From an uncultured virus (IMG/VR IMGVR_UViG_3300027801_001720) (taxonomy: Duplodnaviria; Heunggongvirae; Uroviricota; Caudoviricetes): a stretch of DNA of 64,000 nucleotides. Where the stretch lies: the IMG/VR virus record IMGVR_UViG_3300027801_001720; one strand, 5' to 3'. Each line of letters starts with the position of its first letter. Within the stretch, counting starts at the first letter, position 1. The position numbers were made by a program, and so were the translations under genes. The notes below the pieces were generated by a model. It worked only from the letters and a program-made list of their open reading frames with translations. It did no database searches and had not been told where the DNA came from. Below, one piece after another: positions 9,091 through 19,139 of this stretch.

Positions 9091-9310
9091 GTGAATTAAA
9101 TTTAAGAGTTGTGATTAATTTTTCAATATCATCGCATTCGTACAGACGTACTAGTGCGTCTACTGGACGAAGGTTGCCCAGTCTTGCTACAAGTGTTGAT
9201 GCATGAACTAATTCATGCCTACCAATACCATGTTTTACACAGATACCTTGGATATCTATTTGTTTGTCATGTTCGCTTGTTTCTTCTTCTCTGTATGTAA
9301 TTTTAGGCAT
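9074..9310 (-). CDS. hypothetical protein
   Basis: ORF track; start moved to ATG 9310, overlapping the upstream stop. Confidence 0.55.
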   Translation of the reverse strand: MPKITYREEETSEHDKQIDIQGICVKHGIGRHELVHASTLVARLGNLRPVDALVRLYECDDIEKLITTLKFNSLDNDL

Positions 9311-10088
9311 TGAATACCAACGTTTTTTGAATGTGTCCTTGTTTAGGGTATTTAATTTCTGCATTAATACCAATACTATTTAGTTCTTCTAGTAGCCATT
9401 CTTTGTGATATACTGTAACTAGATGTGTTACACCACTTGCAGTATGTAATTCATCTACAAGTAAATCGTTGTCTACAAAATAAATATATTCCATTCTTTT
9501 TCTAAGTGCTTCTTTCACATCTAACTCATTAATTATAAATTTATTAGGATAGTCTTGTTTACGTTTTGTTAAAAAGAATTTAACACTATCTTCATCTACA
9601 AAAGTAACAGCAATTTTGCCGCCTGGCTTTACTACTCGCAACATTTCTTGTATATCCTGCATAAAGTTTTCATGTGTTGTATGAGAGTAAACACTATAAC
9701 AACATAGCAAGTCAAACTTATTATCTTCAAAAGGAAACTTTTGTGATAGAACTCCGTCTTTATTATACATAGGATTCCATGCATTATAAGGAATCCAATT
9801 TGCTTCAGGCATATTTGATTTGCCAAATGCTAATGCTTCGTGGTCAACATCTAAACAATAATAGTTTTCACGTTTTCCTAGTTTCTTTTGGTCTAAATCT
9901 TCTCTTAGATTTCCTCTGTTGCCACCTAAGTCAAGTATTACAGCATTTTCCCAATTAGCACATTCTTCTGGAGCATGTCGTATATCAAATACAATATCAA
10001 AAAAACTAAGTCTTTCGCTTCTAGGATAATTTGCTAAGGAATGGTTTTCTACTGTGCCAATAGCTGATGCGATATCAAACTCAGACAT
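9303..10088 (-). CDS. class I SAM-dependent methyltransferase
   Basis: ILDLGGNRG, CLDVD, FDLLCCYSVYSH, RVVKPGG. Confidence 0.85.
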   Translation of the reverse strand: MSEFDIASAIGTVENHSLANYPRSERLSFFDIVFDIRHAPEECANWENAVILDLGGNRGNLREDLDQKKLGKRENYYCLDVDHEALAFGKSNMPEANWIPYNAWNPMYNKDGVLSQKFPFEDNKFDLLCCYSVYSHTTHENFMQDIQEMLRVVKPGGKIAVTFVDEDSVKFFLTKRKQDYPNKFIINELDVKEALRKRMEYIYFVDNDLLVDELHTASGVTHLVTVYHKEWLLEELNSIGINAEIKYPKQGHIQKTLVFNA

Positions 10089-10996
10089 TACAATGTAATC
10101 TTTGTGTCGTCATCAAGCCTAGGTCTTTCAGTTGGGATTTCTTCTTGCTGGGTATTAATACTGCCAAACTGTCCTGCGCCTTTAGGATTATGATTTTGCA
10201 CATCATCAAAAGGATTAATCTCGCCTGCTACAAACTGTTCGAACGGACTAGGTGCTGTATGCACTCCCATTTTCTTTAAGTACCAATCAATCTTACTTGC
10301 ATGATGCATTCTTGCTTGTTGCATGTTTGGATGATTAAAATCTTTAGGATCTTGTGGATTGCCTTCCATGTATTTTCTATCTGCAAAGGTCTGGTCATCG
10401 TTGCCACCAGTTAAGTCTGCTCTATCATGTAATACTTCAATATCAATTCTTTCAAAGATACCGTTCATTCTTGCAATAACACTAACCCATGTATCGTTTT
10501 GTGCATTAATACTCCAAGCATCACATAGTGTAAACCAGTCTGCAGGAATAAGTGGAAATATAGCAAAAGGATGGTCATGGTTGTCTTTGGGTGCTAGACA
10601 TTTAAACTGTCCATCGTAACTTTGTACTACTTCGTCCCAACCTTGCGTTTGCATAAGTGCATCATCATTCCAAAGGAATAACCAAGAGCCTGTACTAGAA
10701 TGACATAACAAGTTTACATAGATATTAAGTTGTTCATAACCTAGTGGCTGAAATACTTTTGCTTTACAGGCACAACCCCAAGGCTTAACAAAATCTGCCG
10801 CCTCATTGTTTACCCACTCGATTGTCTCTTGGTCATCGTCATCTACACCAAGCATAATTTCAATTTTTTCTGGATTAGTTGCAGTATCTAACAAACTTTT
10901 TAAACTTGCTTGTAAGGCTCCGTCAACTCTTCCTCTAGTGGGAAGTATAATACTGATTACACCTGGTTCTATGTTTTGTACTTTTGCTTCTGTCAT
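10088..10996 (-). CDS. family 2-like (GT-A) glycosyltransferase
   Basis: ISIILPTRGR, GVDDDD, LWNDDA. Confidence 0.8.
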   Translation of the reverse strand: MTEAKVQNIEPGVISIILPTRGRVDGALQASLKSLLDTATNPEKIEIMLGVDDDDQETIEWVNNEAADFVKPWGCACKAKVFQPLGYEQLNIYVNLLCHSSTGSWLFLWNDDALMQTQGWDEVVQSYDGQFKCLAPKDNHDHPFAIFPLIPADWFTLCDAWSINAQNDTWVSVIARMNGIFERIDIEVLHDRADLTGGNDDQTFADRKYMEGNPQDPKDFNHPNMQQARMHHASKIDWYLKKMGVHTAPSPFEQFVAGEINPFDDVQNHNPKGAGQFGSINTQQEEIPTERPRLDDDTKITL

Positions 10997-10999
10997 AAT

Positions 11000-11947
11000 T
11001 TATCCTGTAATTAGTTTTCTAATATTACCACGGAACGTATAATGTCCTACATGGTTTAATCCTGTACGTGGATCTAGCATAACTTCTCCACCCATTTGTT
11101 GCCATAGTCTGCAGAATGTGTAATCCTCTGACAAATAACGTCTGCTCTCTGGATCAATCATTGTGTCAAACAATGCGTACATGTGTTTTTCAAACTTTTG
11201 GTCTACATTAATATCGTTGCAATATTTTAAATCAGGATATTCAATGAACATCTTCTCAATAACTTGTCTCTGGATACACATAAATCCTGTGCCAGCGTCT
11301 TTAAGTTTAATTAAGTTATCTCTAATTTGTATTGAGTTTTGAGCGTTGCCTTGATCATCTTTTAGGAAGTCAAAGTTTACAACATAGTTTGAACTATGCC
11401 CTTCAATTGTTTCTGGACTTTCATTAGGATCTTTTCTTGCCGCATTAACAATACTTTCCCAATTGATTGCTTTCTTAGGATACGCACCAACTGTAATTGG
11501 CTTATCGTATGCTACCATTCTTAACATGTCGTTTGGATCAAACTCGATGTCTGCATCAACAAAGAATAAATGTGTTGCTTCTGGGTGTTCCATAAAGAAA
11601 CTTACAAGTGTATTTCTACCTCTTGTGATAAGACTTTCATTAGCAAGTGTGCTAACTGTAAAGTTAATATCATACTTGTTGCATAAAATAGCAAGTCTCA
11701 TCATACTTCTAAAGTATGGTTCTCCTATTTGACCACCATAGCATGGTGTTGCAATAAAGATATGTTTTTCTCTTAATACCTGAATTGGTATTTCAATCTT
11801 TGCATCAAGCAACTTATGAAGTGTATCCTCTTGTCCAGGTTCTACATTTTCACTAATTGGTTTTGTTGCTTTTGAGGTTGCCTTTTGAGCTTCAGCCTTT
11901 GATACTGCTTTAGTTGGCTTCTTGCTAGTCTGTTTTTTTCGTGCCAT
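11000..11947 (-). CDS. GT-A fold glycosyltransferase-like phage protein
   Basis: IATPCYGG, ESLITRGRN, FVDAD (DxD), GTGFMCI, LSEDYTFC. Confidence 0.75.
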   Translation of the reverse strand: MARKKQTSKKPTKAVSKAEAQKATSKATKPISENVEPGQEDTLHKLLDAKIEIPIQVLREKHIFIATPCYGGQIGEPYFRSMMRLAILCNKYDINFTVSTLANESLITRGRNTLVSFFMEHPEATHLFFVDADIEFDPNDMLRMVAYDKPITVGAYPKKAINWESIVNAARKDPNESPETIEGHSSNYVVNFDFLKDDQGNAQNSIQIRDNLIKLKDAGTGFMCIQRQVIEKMFIEYPDLKYCNDINVDQKFEKHMYALFDTMIDPESRRYLSEDYTFCRLWQQMGGEVMLDPRTGLNHVGHYTFRGNIRKLITG

Positions 11948-11981
11948 GTGTTAATCCTATTGAAGAATAATTAAAGTGTTT

Positions 11982-12010
11982 ATTATACTTTATTTAACCT
12001 ATTCTGTCAA
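11982..12010 (-). promoter_or_regulatory. sigma70-type promoter
   Basis: TTGACA-N17-TATAAT upstream of 11947. Confidence 0.75.
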
Positions 12011-12039
12011 TAGAATTATTATAATTTGGTAAGTGTTTG

Positions 12040-12207
12040 TTATCTGGCTTCTGGTTTTCTAGATATGAACTGATTGAGTTTTTCTGCTTCGGAGATAACT
12101 TCTTCGGTTGTTGGCATGTACTCTGGCTTACTTGCTTTTGCTTGTAAGATTAATCGTGCCTCTTGTATCAGTTCCAATCTTATTTCATAAGGTGTTTTAT
12201 TGGACAT
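12040..12207 (-). CDS. small conserved T4-like phage protein (PYEIRLELI...PTTEEVI..AEKL type)
   Basis: Start moved to ATG 12207 (AAGGAG SD); ATAAATA at 12252-12258. Confidence 0.65.
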   Translation of the reverse strand: MSNKTPYEIRLELIQEARLILQAKASKPEYMPTTEEVISEAEKLNQFISRKPEAR

Positions 12208-12297
12208 GTATGTTACTCCTTGGATCACATTAATGTGATTTTCTACACATGTATTTATGCTATATCTTATTATAAGGTTGATGATAGAGTGGTGTAA

Positions 12298-12954
12298 TTA
12301 CTTAATTAGTTTACCTTCATTATGCATTTTTCTAATTAATTCAATGGAATACATTTCGGGTAATGTAACTGATAATAACACACGTTCTGTATCACTATGT
12401 TCATTTATACTACGGTGTAAAAATGTAGTATTATATGCAAAGCATTCATGCATAGTATCGTTAGTAATTTCATCTACAACTTGTATCTTGCTCTGGTCTT
12501 CTGTGTTTAATTGACCATTACGTTCTGCACTTTCATCTAACGGATTAACAGTATCGGTCCAATCCGGGTTTATTCCCCATTGGCTTCCTGTATTACCAAC
12601 TTCTCCCCTAACTAAAAAGTTAAAAGTTACACGTCTGTTAGATAATGCTGGTCCTTCACAATGCCATAATCCATTTTTACGTGGTGCTGTCCTTACATGG
12701 AACACGTTTGCTACCTTTACAGTAAATGTATCTTTAACCCATTCTCTAATTACTTTTATATACTCGTGGTGTGCTAGTTCAACTGCAAATGGCCCATTCT
12801 CATAACGTTTATCTCCGTGACCTTGTGGGAAATAAGATGTAGTACCTAAGAATTGTTGCATTTGATTTAGTTGGTCTGTGCTATTTTTATCAATCCACAC
12901 CCCAAACTCTTCTGGTAGTTTTATTTCAGGTATTGTAAATGTATAATTACTCAC
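12298..12954 (-). CDS. DSBH/Fe-2OG oxygenase-like protein (HxE variant)
   Basis: WHCEG..NF...YNTTFLHRSIN..R.LLS; likely GTG start at 12954 overlapping the upstream stop; paralogue of the adjacent gene 12947..13534. Confidence 0.6.
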   Translation of the reverse strand: MSNYTFTIPEIKLPEEFGVWIDKNSTDQLNQMQQFLGTTSYFPQGHGDKRYENGPFAVELAHHEYIKVIREWVKDTFTVKVANVFHVRTAPRKNGLWHCEGPALSNRRVTFNFLVRGEVGNTGSQWGINPDWTDTVNPLDESAERNGQLNTEDQSKIQVVDEITNDTMHECFAYNTTFLHRSINEHSDTERVLLSVTLPEMYSIELIRKMHNEGKLIK

Positions 12955-13534
12955 GGAACAATTCCCCTTTATTATGTAAGTTTGCAACATCTTCAATATC
13001 CATTCTAATAGCGGCACTAATGACCATTCTATTCCAACCTGTGAAATTGAATACCCTATGCCAATGCATTGTGTTATATATTGTTGCTTTGCCTTTAGTC
13101 ATTCTATGTTCTGCTAATACTTGCTTGTTTTCATCTTCCCACCAAGCGCCTTCACTTTCTAATGTTTCTATAGGTTGCGTATCTCCTTTAGATGCCCATT
13201 GAACATAACTACGGTCAAAGTCTCCGGCAATCATAAAGTTTAATGCACATTTACGACCAAACGTTCCAGGTCCTTCACTATGCCAAGGGCTAGATGCATT
13301 ACACATTGTATTTAAAAGTGTAAGACTATAAGTCGGTATTGTTAATTTATTATCGAGATATGTTTTAACAGATTCATACCAGTCTGTTGGTACTCCTCTA
13401 TATTGAAAATTTAATCCACCTAAACCTAATCCAGTTGGAGTCATATGATCCATCGGGTGCTGAACATAAGGCTTACTTTCTATTGTGAAGGGTAATTCTA
13501 ATTCAGGCAAGTCTAGGTAGTATGGAATAGTCAT
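12947..13534 (-). CDS. DSBH/Fe-2OG oxygenase-like protein (HxE variant)
   Basis: WHSEG..ALNF...YNTMHWHRVFN..R.VIS; ATAAATA 5 nt upstream. Confidence 0.65.
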   Translation of the reverse strand: MTIPYYLDLPELELPFTIESKPYVQHPMDHMTPTGLGLGGLNFQYRGVPTDWYESVKTYLDNKLTIPTYSLTLLNTMCNASSPWHSEGPGTFGRKCALNFMIAGDFDRSYVQWASKGDTQPIETLESEGAWWEDENKQVLAEHRMTKGKATIYNTMHWHRVFNFTGWNRMVISAAIRMDIEDVANLHNKGELFRE

Positions 13535-13552
13535 ACATCTATTTATTCGTAT

Positions 13553-13795
13553 TTAAAATGCTAGGTTAATTATATAGAAAGATAATAGCATCATTCCTAG
13601 GCTTATAACTTGCATTACAGATGCAAATGCAACTATTGTTAGCGACTTGTCTGCCCAAGGTTTAAGGTTAGTTTGAAACCATTCTTCTTGTTGTTCTGGT
13701 GTTGCATCCATATACAACGGAAAGTCAAATTCTAATTGTTCTTCCTTGTGATACAGTTGTTCTTCTTTTACTGCTCTGCCCCAACTATCTTTCAT
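13553..13795 (-). CDS. small membrane protein
   Basis: C-terminal hydrophobic helix; AGGA SD. Confidence 0.6.
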   Translation of the reverse strand: MKDSWGRAVKEEQLYHKEEQLEFDFPLYMDATPEQQEEWFQTNLKPWADKSLTIVAFASVMQVISLGMMLLSFYIINLAF

Positions 13796-13809
13796 TTATG
13801 TTCCTGGAG

Positions 13810-13890
13810 TTATGGTGTTAATGCTAGAATGCTTATAACAAATACTGCTGTTAATGTGAGAAGTTCTAATCTATCTTTTATTTTACCCAC
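13810..13890 (-). CDS. 26-aa single-TM peptide (MGKIKDRLELLTLTAVFVISILALTP), not in ORF track
   Basis: GTG start overlapping the upstream TAG; AAGGAG SD; hydrophobic. Confidence 0.5.
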   Translation of the reverse strand: MGKIKDRLELLTLTAVFVISILALTP

Positions 13891-14024
13891 TACTTATTAC
13901 TCCTTACATAGTAAGTATTATCGATATCTCTGAGACTTCTCATTATGCCTGCCATTGCATCTCCTACTTGTACTGAGAATAGAAGGCTTGCAAAAATAAG
14001 TGATTTTTTGATTTGTATGTTCAT
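13890..14024 (-). CDS. 44-aa peptide (MNIQIKKSLIFASLLFSVQVGDAMAGIMRSLRDIDNTYYVRSNK), not in ORF track; may start at the internal MAG
   Basis: Fills the gap after TATAAATA at 14073-14080; stop coupled to the next start. Confidence 0.45.
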   Translation of the reverse strand: MNIQIKKSLIFASLLFSVQVGDAMAGIMRSLRDIDNTYYVRSNK

Positions 14025-14115
14025 CTTTAAGGGAGAATAACATAAACAAAACTTATTGCTTATTATACATGGTATTTATAATATAATATAAGAAAGGTTA
14101 TATAATAGTAGTTTT

Positions 14116-15135
14116 TTATAACGTCTTTGTTATGCTGATGTCATTTAGATTATTACAGAATTCGTAAGGGCATCTAGTTTCGTCTTTTGGTATATCCCAA
14201 TTTTCTAATTGAGTAATGTTTCCAAAGTTTTTAGCACCACACCAACTGCTAATTACTTCGCCATTCATATCAATATTTAAACTATCAAATCCTAATTCAC
14301 ATTTCATTCCTTGAAATTTGTTTAGTCCTTCGTTTATAATTTGATGACTTTGTACATACTTAGGAGGAGCATCTTCATACATAAACTCTGTACTCCAAAA
14401 ACGTGGATGGTCCATATTGTCATTTGGATCACTATGTCGTTGCCTATTTGGATTAGGTAATACACCAGGGCGTTGCATTATTTTTATCTCTTCTGGAGTG
14501 TACTCATAATATGGTGTTTGTTGTGTATGGTTTGCATCTGGCCCTAAGTACTTATTATACATTGTTTTTATAGTAATGTTCACATCATACTGACTTTGTC
14601 TAACTCCATCTATGAACATATTACGCAAATTGTCTGCTACAGTACTTAACTGTTCTATTTGTCCGCCAATACCTGCTATGTTTATATCTAATATTAGTGC
14701 ATCTTTTAAAGTAGCAACTACATCATATAAATGCTGTTCGTCCATTGTTAGCGGATGATATGTTATAACTACGCCTGTTAAATATTCTTTTGCTTCTTCC
14801 CACCACCGTACAGTTCTACTGCCGTTTGTGTATATCGTTACTCCTGAATTATAGTGTGCAATACGTTTTATAACTTCTTCAAAATCTGGTATAGTAGTTA
14901 TTTCGCCACCAAGTAATTCCCAATGCATAAATCTGCCTTGTTCCTTATAGTGTTTTGATATTTTGTCTACAACTTCTATATAACGTTCTGTAGTAAGCCA
15001 AGGCTTAGTTCCATCATGTAATATACTAGGGCAGTATTCACAACTAAAGTTACAGGTATTACCCATACTCCATTGTATTTGTACTGCTCTATCTGGATCT
15101 GTTGTTTGTGGACCTTTAACCCATAGTAGTTTCAT
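14116..15135 (-). CDS. radical SAM protein with C-terminal SPASM/twitch-like cysteines
   Basis: CNFSCEYC, GGE, TNG, C-terminal C..WC..CPYEFC. Confidence 0.9.
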   Translation of the reverse strand: MKLLWVKGPQTTDPDRAVQIQWSMGNTCNFSCEYCPSILHDGTKPWLTTERYIEVVDKISKHYKEQGRFMHWELLGGEITTIPDFEEVIKRIAHYNSGVTIYTNGSRTVRWWEEAKEYLTGVVITYHPLTMDEQHLYDVVATLKDALILDINIAGIGGQIEQLSTVADNLRNMFIDGVRQSQYDVNITIKTMYNKYLGPDANHTQQTPYYEYTPEEIKIMQRPGVLPNPNRQRHSDPNDNMDHPRFWSTEFMYEDAPPKYVQSHQIINEGLNKFQGMKCELGFDSLNIDMNGEVISSWCGAKNFGNITQLENWDIPKDETRCPYEFCNNLNDISITKTL

Positions 15136-15154
15136 ACTACTATTTATTTGATCT

Positions 15155-16060
15155 TTAGCCTTTAAGTTTCGTTACAATGTCTGCAATAACACGTTCTGTT
15201 GCTAAATGGTCATAGTCCATTTTTGCATCTACAAATTGGAAATCTGTATCATGCCAAAGTTTACCTGTAGTTGCAACCATGCCCCAAACAGACTCCATTT
15301 CTGTTGGCACAGGATAATCTACATGGTAATTAATTGTTTGATTCTTTTCTATACTACCATTCTTACCAGGTTTACAAAATCCGTGTGTACATCCAAAAAA
15401 TTCTACAAATTCACTATTTGTTTGTTCTGCAAATAGTTTACTTTTTTCAGCACTAGTCCAATTGTCATCTGATCCATGGTATAGAGTAATGTCATGTTCT
15501 TTGCCTTTATAAAATCTGCTTTCAAAGGGCCATAAATTTCCATATACTAAACTGTAAAATGTATCCTTAGGTAATTCTTCTCCCCACCATGCCATTAAGT
15601 TTGCTATTGTGTCAGCACCCCAACTAAATCCAACACATGCTAATTTATCTAGATTAAGATTTCTTGTTAAGTAAGGGTTTTCTTTTAAAAACTTGTAAGC
15701 ATTAAATGTCTCTAATGCTCTATCTTTTGGAGCCATATACGATTGTTTAGCATCACTCCAATCAAGTGTTGTAATATTCCTACTTGTAAAACTATCAACT
15801 ACTAATGATGCTATACCTCTATTACTTAAACTATCAACAAATACTTGGGTGTCACTGCCTAGGCCACCACTACCATGACTAATAATACACAATGGATGTT
15901 GCACTTTATACTTGTTTGGTATAGTAAGTTTACAACCACATTGTATATCTTCGCCTAGTAAAAATGGATCTTCGGACTTAAACGATGCTGTTAAAAACTC
16001 TTTTAAATTTACCATCCTTCCGGGAACACTAAATAAAATTTCTTTCTGGTTATTTTCCAT
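15155..16060 (-). CDS. alpha/beta hydrolase (dienelactone hydrolase-like)
   Basis: HGSGG, GFSWG nucleophile elbow, HGSDD, HGF. Confidence 0.8.
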   Translation of the reverse strand: MENNQKEILFSVPGRMVNLKEFLTASFKSEDPFLLGEDIQCGCKLTIPNKYKVQHPLCIISHGSGGLGSDTQVFVDSLSNRGIASLVVDSFTSRNITTLDWSDAKQSYMAPKDRALETFNAYKFLKENPYLTRNLNLDKLACVGFSWGADTIANLMAWWGEELPKDTFYSLVYGNLWPFESRFYKGKEHDITLYHGSDDNWTSAEKSKLFAEQTNSEFVEFFGCTHGFCKPGKNGSIEKNQTINYHVDYPVPTEMESVWGMVATTGKLWHDTDFQFVDAKMDYDHLATERVIADIVTKLKG

Positions 16061-16659
16061 TACAATTCCTTAAATTTATCAAAATACATACGCCACACTA
16101 CTTGTGGTACTTTATAAAACTCTGTTATTCCTTCTGGCTCTGCAATTCCTTTTTTCTTCCACCAATGTCTTGCAACATAGTCTGTAATAGTATTTGTACT
16201 TCTAACATAACTATCAGCATAGGCTTTATTTGCCAATGTGGTTCCAAATGTTGCTTTAAAGTTTTCTTGTTGGGTTGCCCAGTAACAGTTAAAATATAAC
16301 AAACCGTCGAACTCAGGCATTTCGCCTCTGCCGTATCTTCGACTTTTGGTCATAGGTATATCCGCATTTGGTATCCTGCATAGTCTAGTCCAAATTCTAT
16401 AATAACCTTCTTTATATTCAGGCATGTATTGTACACCTGCAACTGCATAGATTTTTTTAGTTGGGATATGTATCATGCAATGGTATTGTATTTCATCTAC
16501 TTTCATTGCTTCTGGAGACTCGTTACTAACATAACCTAAGTCTTTTGCTATGCTACAAAACTCTTCTAATTGAGGTAGCCATTTATCGCTGTAAGCAATA
16601 CAGCCTATTTCGCCGTCAAAAAATGTTCTTAGGATTTCTTTATTATCGATATTAACCAT
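16060..16659 (-). CDS. hypothetical protein, possibly GNAT-fold acyltransferase
   Basis: IYAVAGV...YRIWTRLC strand pattern; C-terminal QVVW. Confidence 0.45.
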   Translation of the reverse strand: MVNIDNKEILRTFFDGEIGCIAYSDKWLPQLEEFCSIAKDLGYVSNESPEAMKVDEIQYHCMIHIPTKKIYAVAGVQYMPEYKEGYYRIWTRLCRIPNADIPMTKSRRYGRGEMPEFDGLLYFNCYWATQQENFKATFGTTLANKAYADSYVRSTNTITDYVARHWWKKKGIAEPEGITEFYKVPQVVWRMYFDKFKEL

Positions 16660-17423
16660 CTGCCTACATCCATTTCATACCATTTAGTGTTGAAGTTTAA
16701 ACGTCTTGGATTTTTATGATGATTGTTATGTAGACTTTCGCCCCATGTAAAAAATACCATCCAAGGATTATTTGTACTTCTATTATTCATTGGTGTAGTT
16801 TCATATGTTAAGCCCTTAATAGGTGTATGCCCAAACATATTAACTACTCCACTAATTATTACACTTAAAAAACTTGCATTTAAACTTGCAAGTAAATATC
16901 TTCCATCGAACCACCAAACTGTTGTCAACCCTATGATTGCTAAGTTGAGTATGATTAATATGTAATAATTTTTATGGCACCACAATGCAAACGGATCTAG
17001 TTGCTTTCTAATCTTAAAGATTTCTTTTTTAGCAAATTCGTGATTTTCTTTATGGAATATCCAACCACCTAAGGCATAACCATATCCTTTAGTGGGTGTA
17101 TGTACATCTCTGTCTGTATCTGTGTGTGCATGATGACTTCTATTATGTATCAGACTCCAAGTCACCGGAGAGCCTTGAGCACCTTGACAACCTAAGTAAA
17201 GTATAAACTTTCTTATTGGTTCCCATGTCTCAAATGATTTGTGGCTATGCAGTCTATGAAATCCTACACTTATGCCGTATCCACTATAAAGTATTGTAAA
17301 AAGAATGGTAGCACAAAATAACTGCGTACTACCATTTGCCATACTCCATAGCAAACTACAGAATGCAACAGGTAAAAATAATAAGTAAAAAAACATTATT
17401 TTTTCAACCCCTTTATAACCCAT
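16629..17423 (-). CDS. membrane fatty-acid desaturase (delta-9-like); start may be 17396
   Basis: His boxes HRLHSH, HNRSHH, HNNHH; TM helices. Confidence 0.9.
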   Translation of the reverse strand: MGYKGVEKIMFFYLLFLPVAFCSLLWSMANGSTQLFCATILFTILYSGYGISVGFHRLHSHKSFETWEPIRKFILYLGCQGAQGSPVTWSLIHNRSHHAHTDTDRDVHTPTKGYGYALGGWIFHKENHEFAKKEIFKIRKQLDPFALWCHKNYYILIILNLAIIGLTTVWWFDGRYLLASLNASFLSVIISGVVNMFGHTPIKGLTYETTPMNNRSTNNPWMVFFTWGESLHNNHHKNPRRLNFNTKWYEMDVGRWLISIIKKS

Positions 17424-18220
17424 CCACTGATATCTATTTCACTCCAGTGTTGACTATTACTTTGTGCATTCCAGAACCTGTGATGATTATTGTGTAACAT
17501 TTCTCCCCAGGTTAGTAAAGATCCTACTCTGTTATTAACACTATTATCTTTTGTATCAAAGTTTTTATAGCCAAACCAACTGTAATGGCTTAGTGCTGTA
17601 ACAGTACTTGTATTCATTAATGTTGCCCATATACCAAACACAATTCCGTATAGTGCAACTTGCCAACCAAATAATAACCATGCTAGAATAATTGTTCCAT
17701 AGTTAATTGCTAAGTGATTGTCGTTTAAAAATTGATAGTATTTGTCATTGACAAATCCTCTTCTTATATATGTAACCAAAACACGTCTATCAATATGCTG
17801 GTCAAAATATTTTTGTTCTCTATGCCAAGTTAAAAAGGCATGCCAGAATCCTTGTAACGGACTGTGAGGGTCACCGTCTTTATCTGCATTTTTATGATGT
17901 CCTGCAACATGTATCATAACCCAAGGGAAAATTGCACCGTATCCATTAAACACACTACATGTTGTCATGATACGTTCTTTCCATTTAGGCATTTCAAATG
18001 CTTTATGTCCCCAATATCTATGGAGCCCAATAGCCATTCCCACACATCCGAATAAGAAGTATGTAATTAGACTTAACCAAAGATAATTCCAATCGCCGTT
18101 ATATGCCATAATAGGAAGTGTTGCCCAACCTACTAGTTGTATTGGTAATGTGTATAACCAAAAATTTATTTTTGCTTTATCTTTAAAAAAGTTTGTTAAT
18201 GAAGTCAAAACTTGTCTCAT
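17396..18220 (-). CDS. membrane fatty-acid desaturase (delta-9-like)
   Basis: His boxes HRYWGH, HVAGHH, HNNHH; DPHSP. Confidence 0.9.
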   Translation of the reverse strand: MRQVLTSLTNFFKDKAKINFWLYTLPIQLVGWATLPIMAYNGDWNYLWLSLITYFLFGCVGMAIGLHRYWGHKAFEMPKWKERIMTTCSVFNGYGAIFPWVMIHVAGHHKNADKDGDPHSPLQGFWHAFLTWHREQKYFDQHIDRRVLVTYIRRGFVNDKYYQFLNDNHLAINYGTIILAWLLFGWQVALYGIVFGIWATLMNTSTVTALSHYSWFGYKNFDTKDNSVNNRVGSLLTWGEMLHNNHHRFWNAQSNSQHWSEIDISGWVIKGLKK

Positions 18221-19139
18221 GGTGTGCTTCTAACATTTCCTTTAATTTTGTGTCGACTTTTACTGTGTATTGCAGACTAGCATATTTTAGTGTTAATGGA
18301 CTAAATGGTGCTAATCTTTGTCGAAGTTCACTATCGTATTTATCATGTCCGAAGTGACTTTTAAGCATTTCAATGCCAATTAGTTTCTGTGTTGTGGGTT
18401 TTATGTCAAAACCTGCTTGTTTTATTGTTCTTATTTCATATTGATAGTATCTATGTGGAGCATTATCAACAAAATCTTGTGTAGGTGATTTTAAAACTTC
18501 ACCGTAACTTGGAGTAAACATCCAACTTGTATACATGTCTACATAGTGTTCTTGAAAATTTGTATACTCTTTACCAAATACTTCTGCGGCATGTTCCTGT
18601 GTTTGGTGTGGAACAAAAGGCATAAAGCCGTTGTTTTTTGTTCTTGTCCAATCACTTGTACTTACATGCATCATAAATCCAGGATACACAATACAACAAT
18701 CAGGCAGTATGTCAAAAAACTTACCTGCTATAGTCATTTGAGGTTGTGTAGTAGGAAACATCTCTCCATATTTTTCTAACTCTGGACCATTAAATAATTC
18801 TTCTACATCTATGTGAAATAACTCATAAGGTATACTACGTTGTTCACAATATGCAATACTACAATCGTTTTCACGTTTAGTTAATCCATTGCTTAATACT
18901 GGTATAGCGGCAACAAATTCTATGCCTGCCATCTTAAATGCCTGCATGGCAAGTTGTGAATATATGTGTTGTACACTATAATCACACCAAACGTACAAGT
19001 CTTTAGTAAATGTTTCTCTTATTTTCTTTGCAGTATTAACTGCTTCTTGCATTGGTGTTCCTGGTCTGGCAATAGGTGCCTGCACAAACATATCAACATT
19101 TTTGCCTCCACCAAATTCGCTAAATGTTACACCTCTCAT
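18183..19139 (-). CDS. hypothetical protein, possibly a degenerate adenine-nucleotide alpha-hydrolase (PP-loop) fold
   Basis: Spacing resembles the family (LYVW...SQ..QAF...A..YC....IPY), but SGGxDS is absent. Confidence 0.4.
   Translation of the reverse strand: MRGVTFSEFGGGKNVDMFVQAPIARPGTPMQEAVNTAKKIRETFTKDLYVWCDYSVQHIYSQLAMQAFKMAGIEFVAAIPVLSNGLTKRENDCSIAYCEQRSIPYELFHIDVEELFNGPELEKYGEMFPTTQPQMTIAGKFFDILPDCCIVYPGFMMHVSTSDWTRTKNNGFMPFVPHQTQEHAAEVFGKEYTNFQEHYVDMYTSWMFTPSYGEVLKSPTQDFVDNAPHRYYQYEIRTIKQAGFDIKPTTQKLIGIEMLKSHFGHDKYDSELRQRLAPFSPLTLKYASLQYTVKVDTKLKEMLEAHHETSFDFINKLF

Noticed and set aside
12224..12239. Perfect 16-bp palindrome ATCACATTAATGTGAT as a CRP-like site
   Set aside because: Half-sites are inverted relative to TGTGA-N6-TCACA; more likely a simple 5'-UTR hairpin; single occurrence
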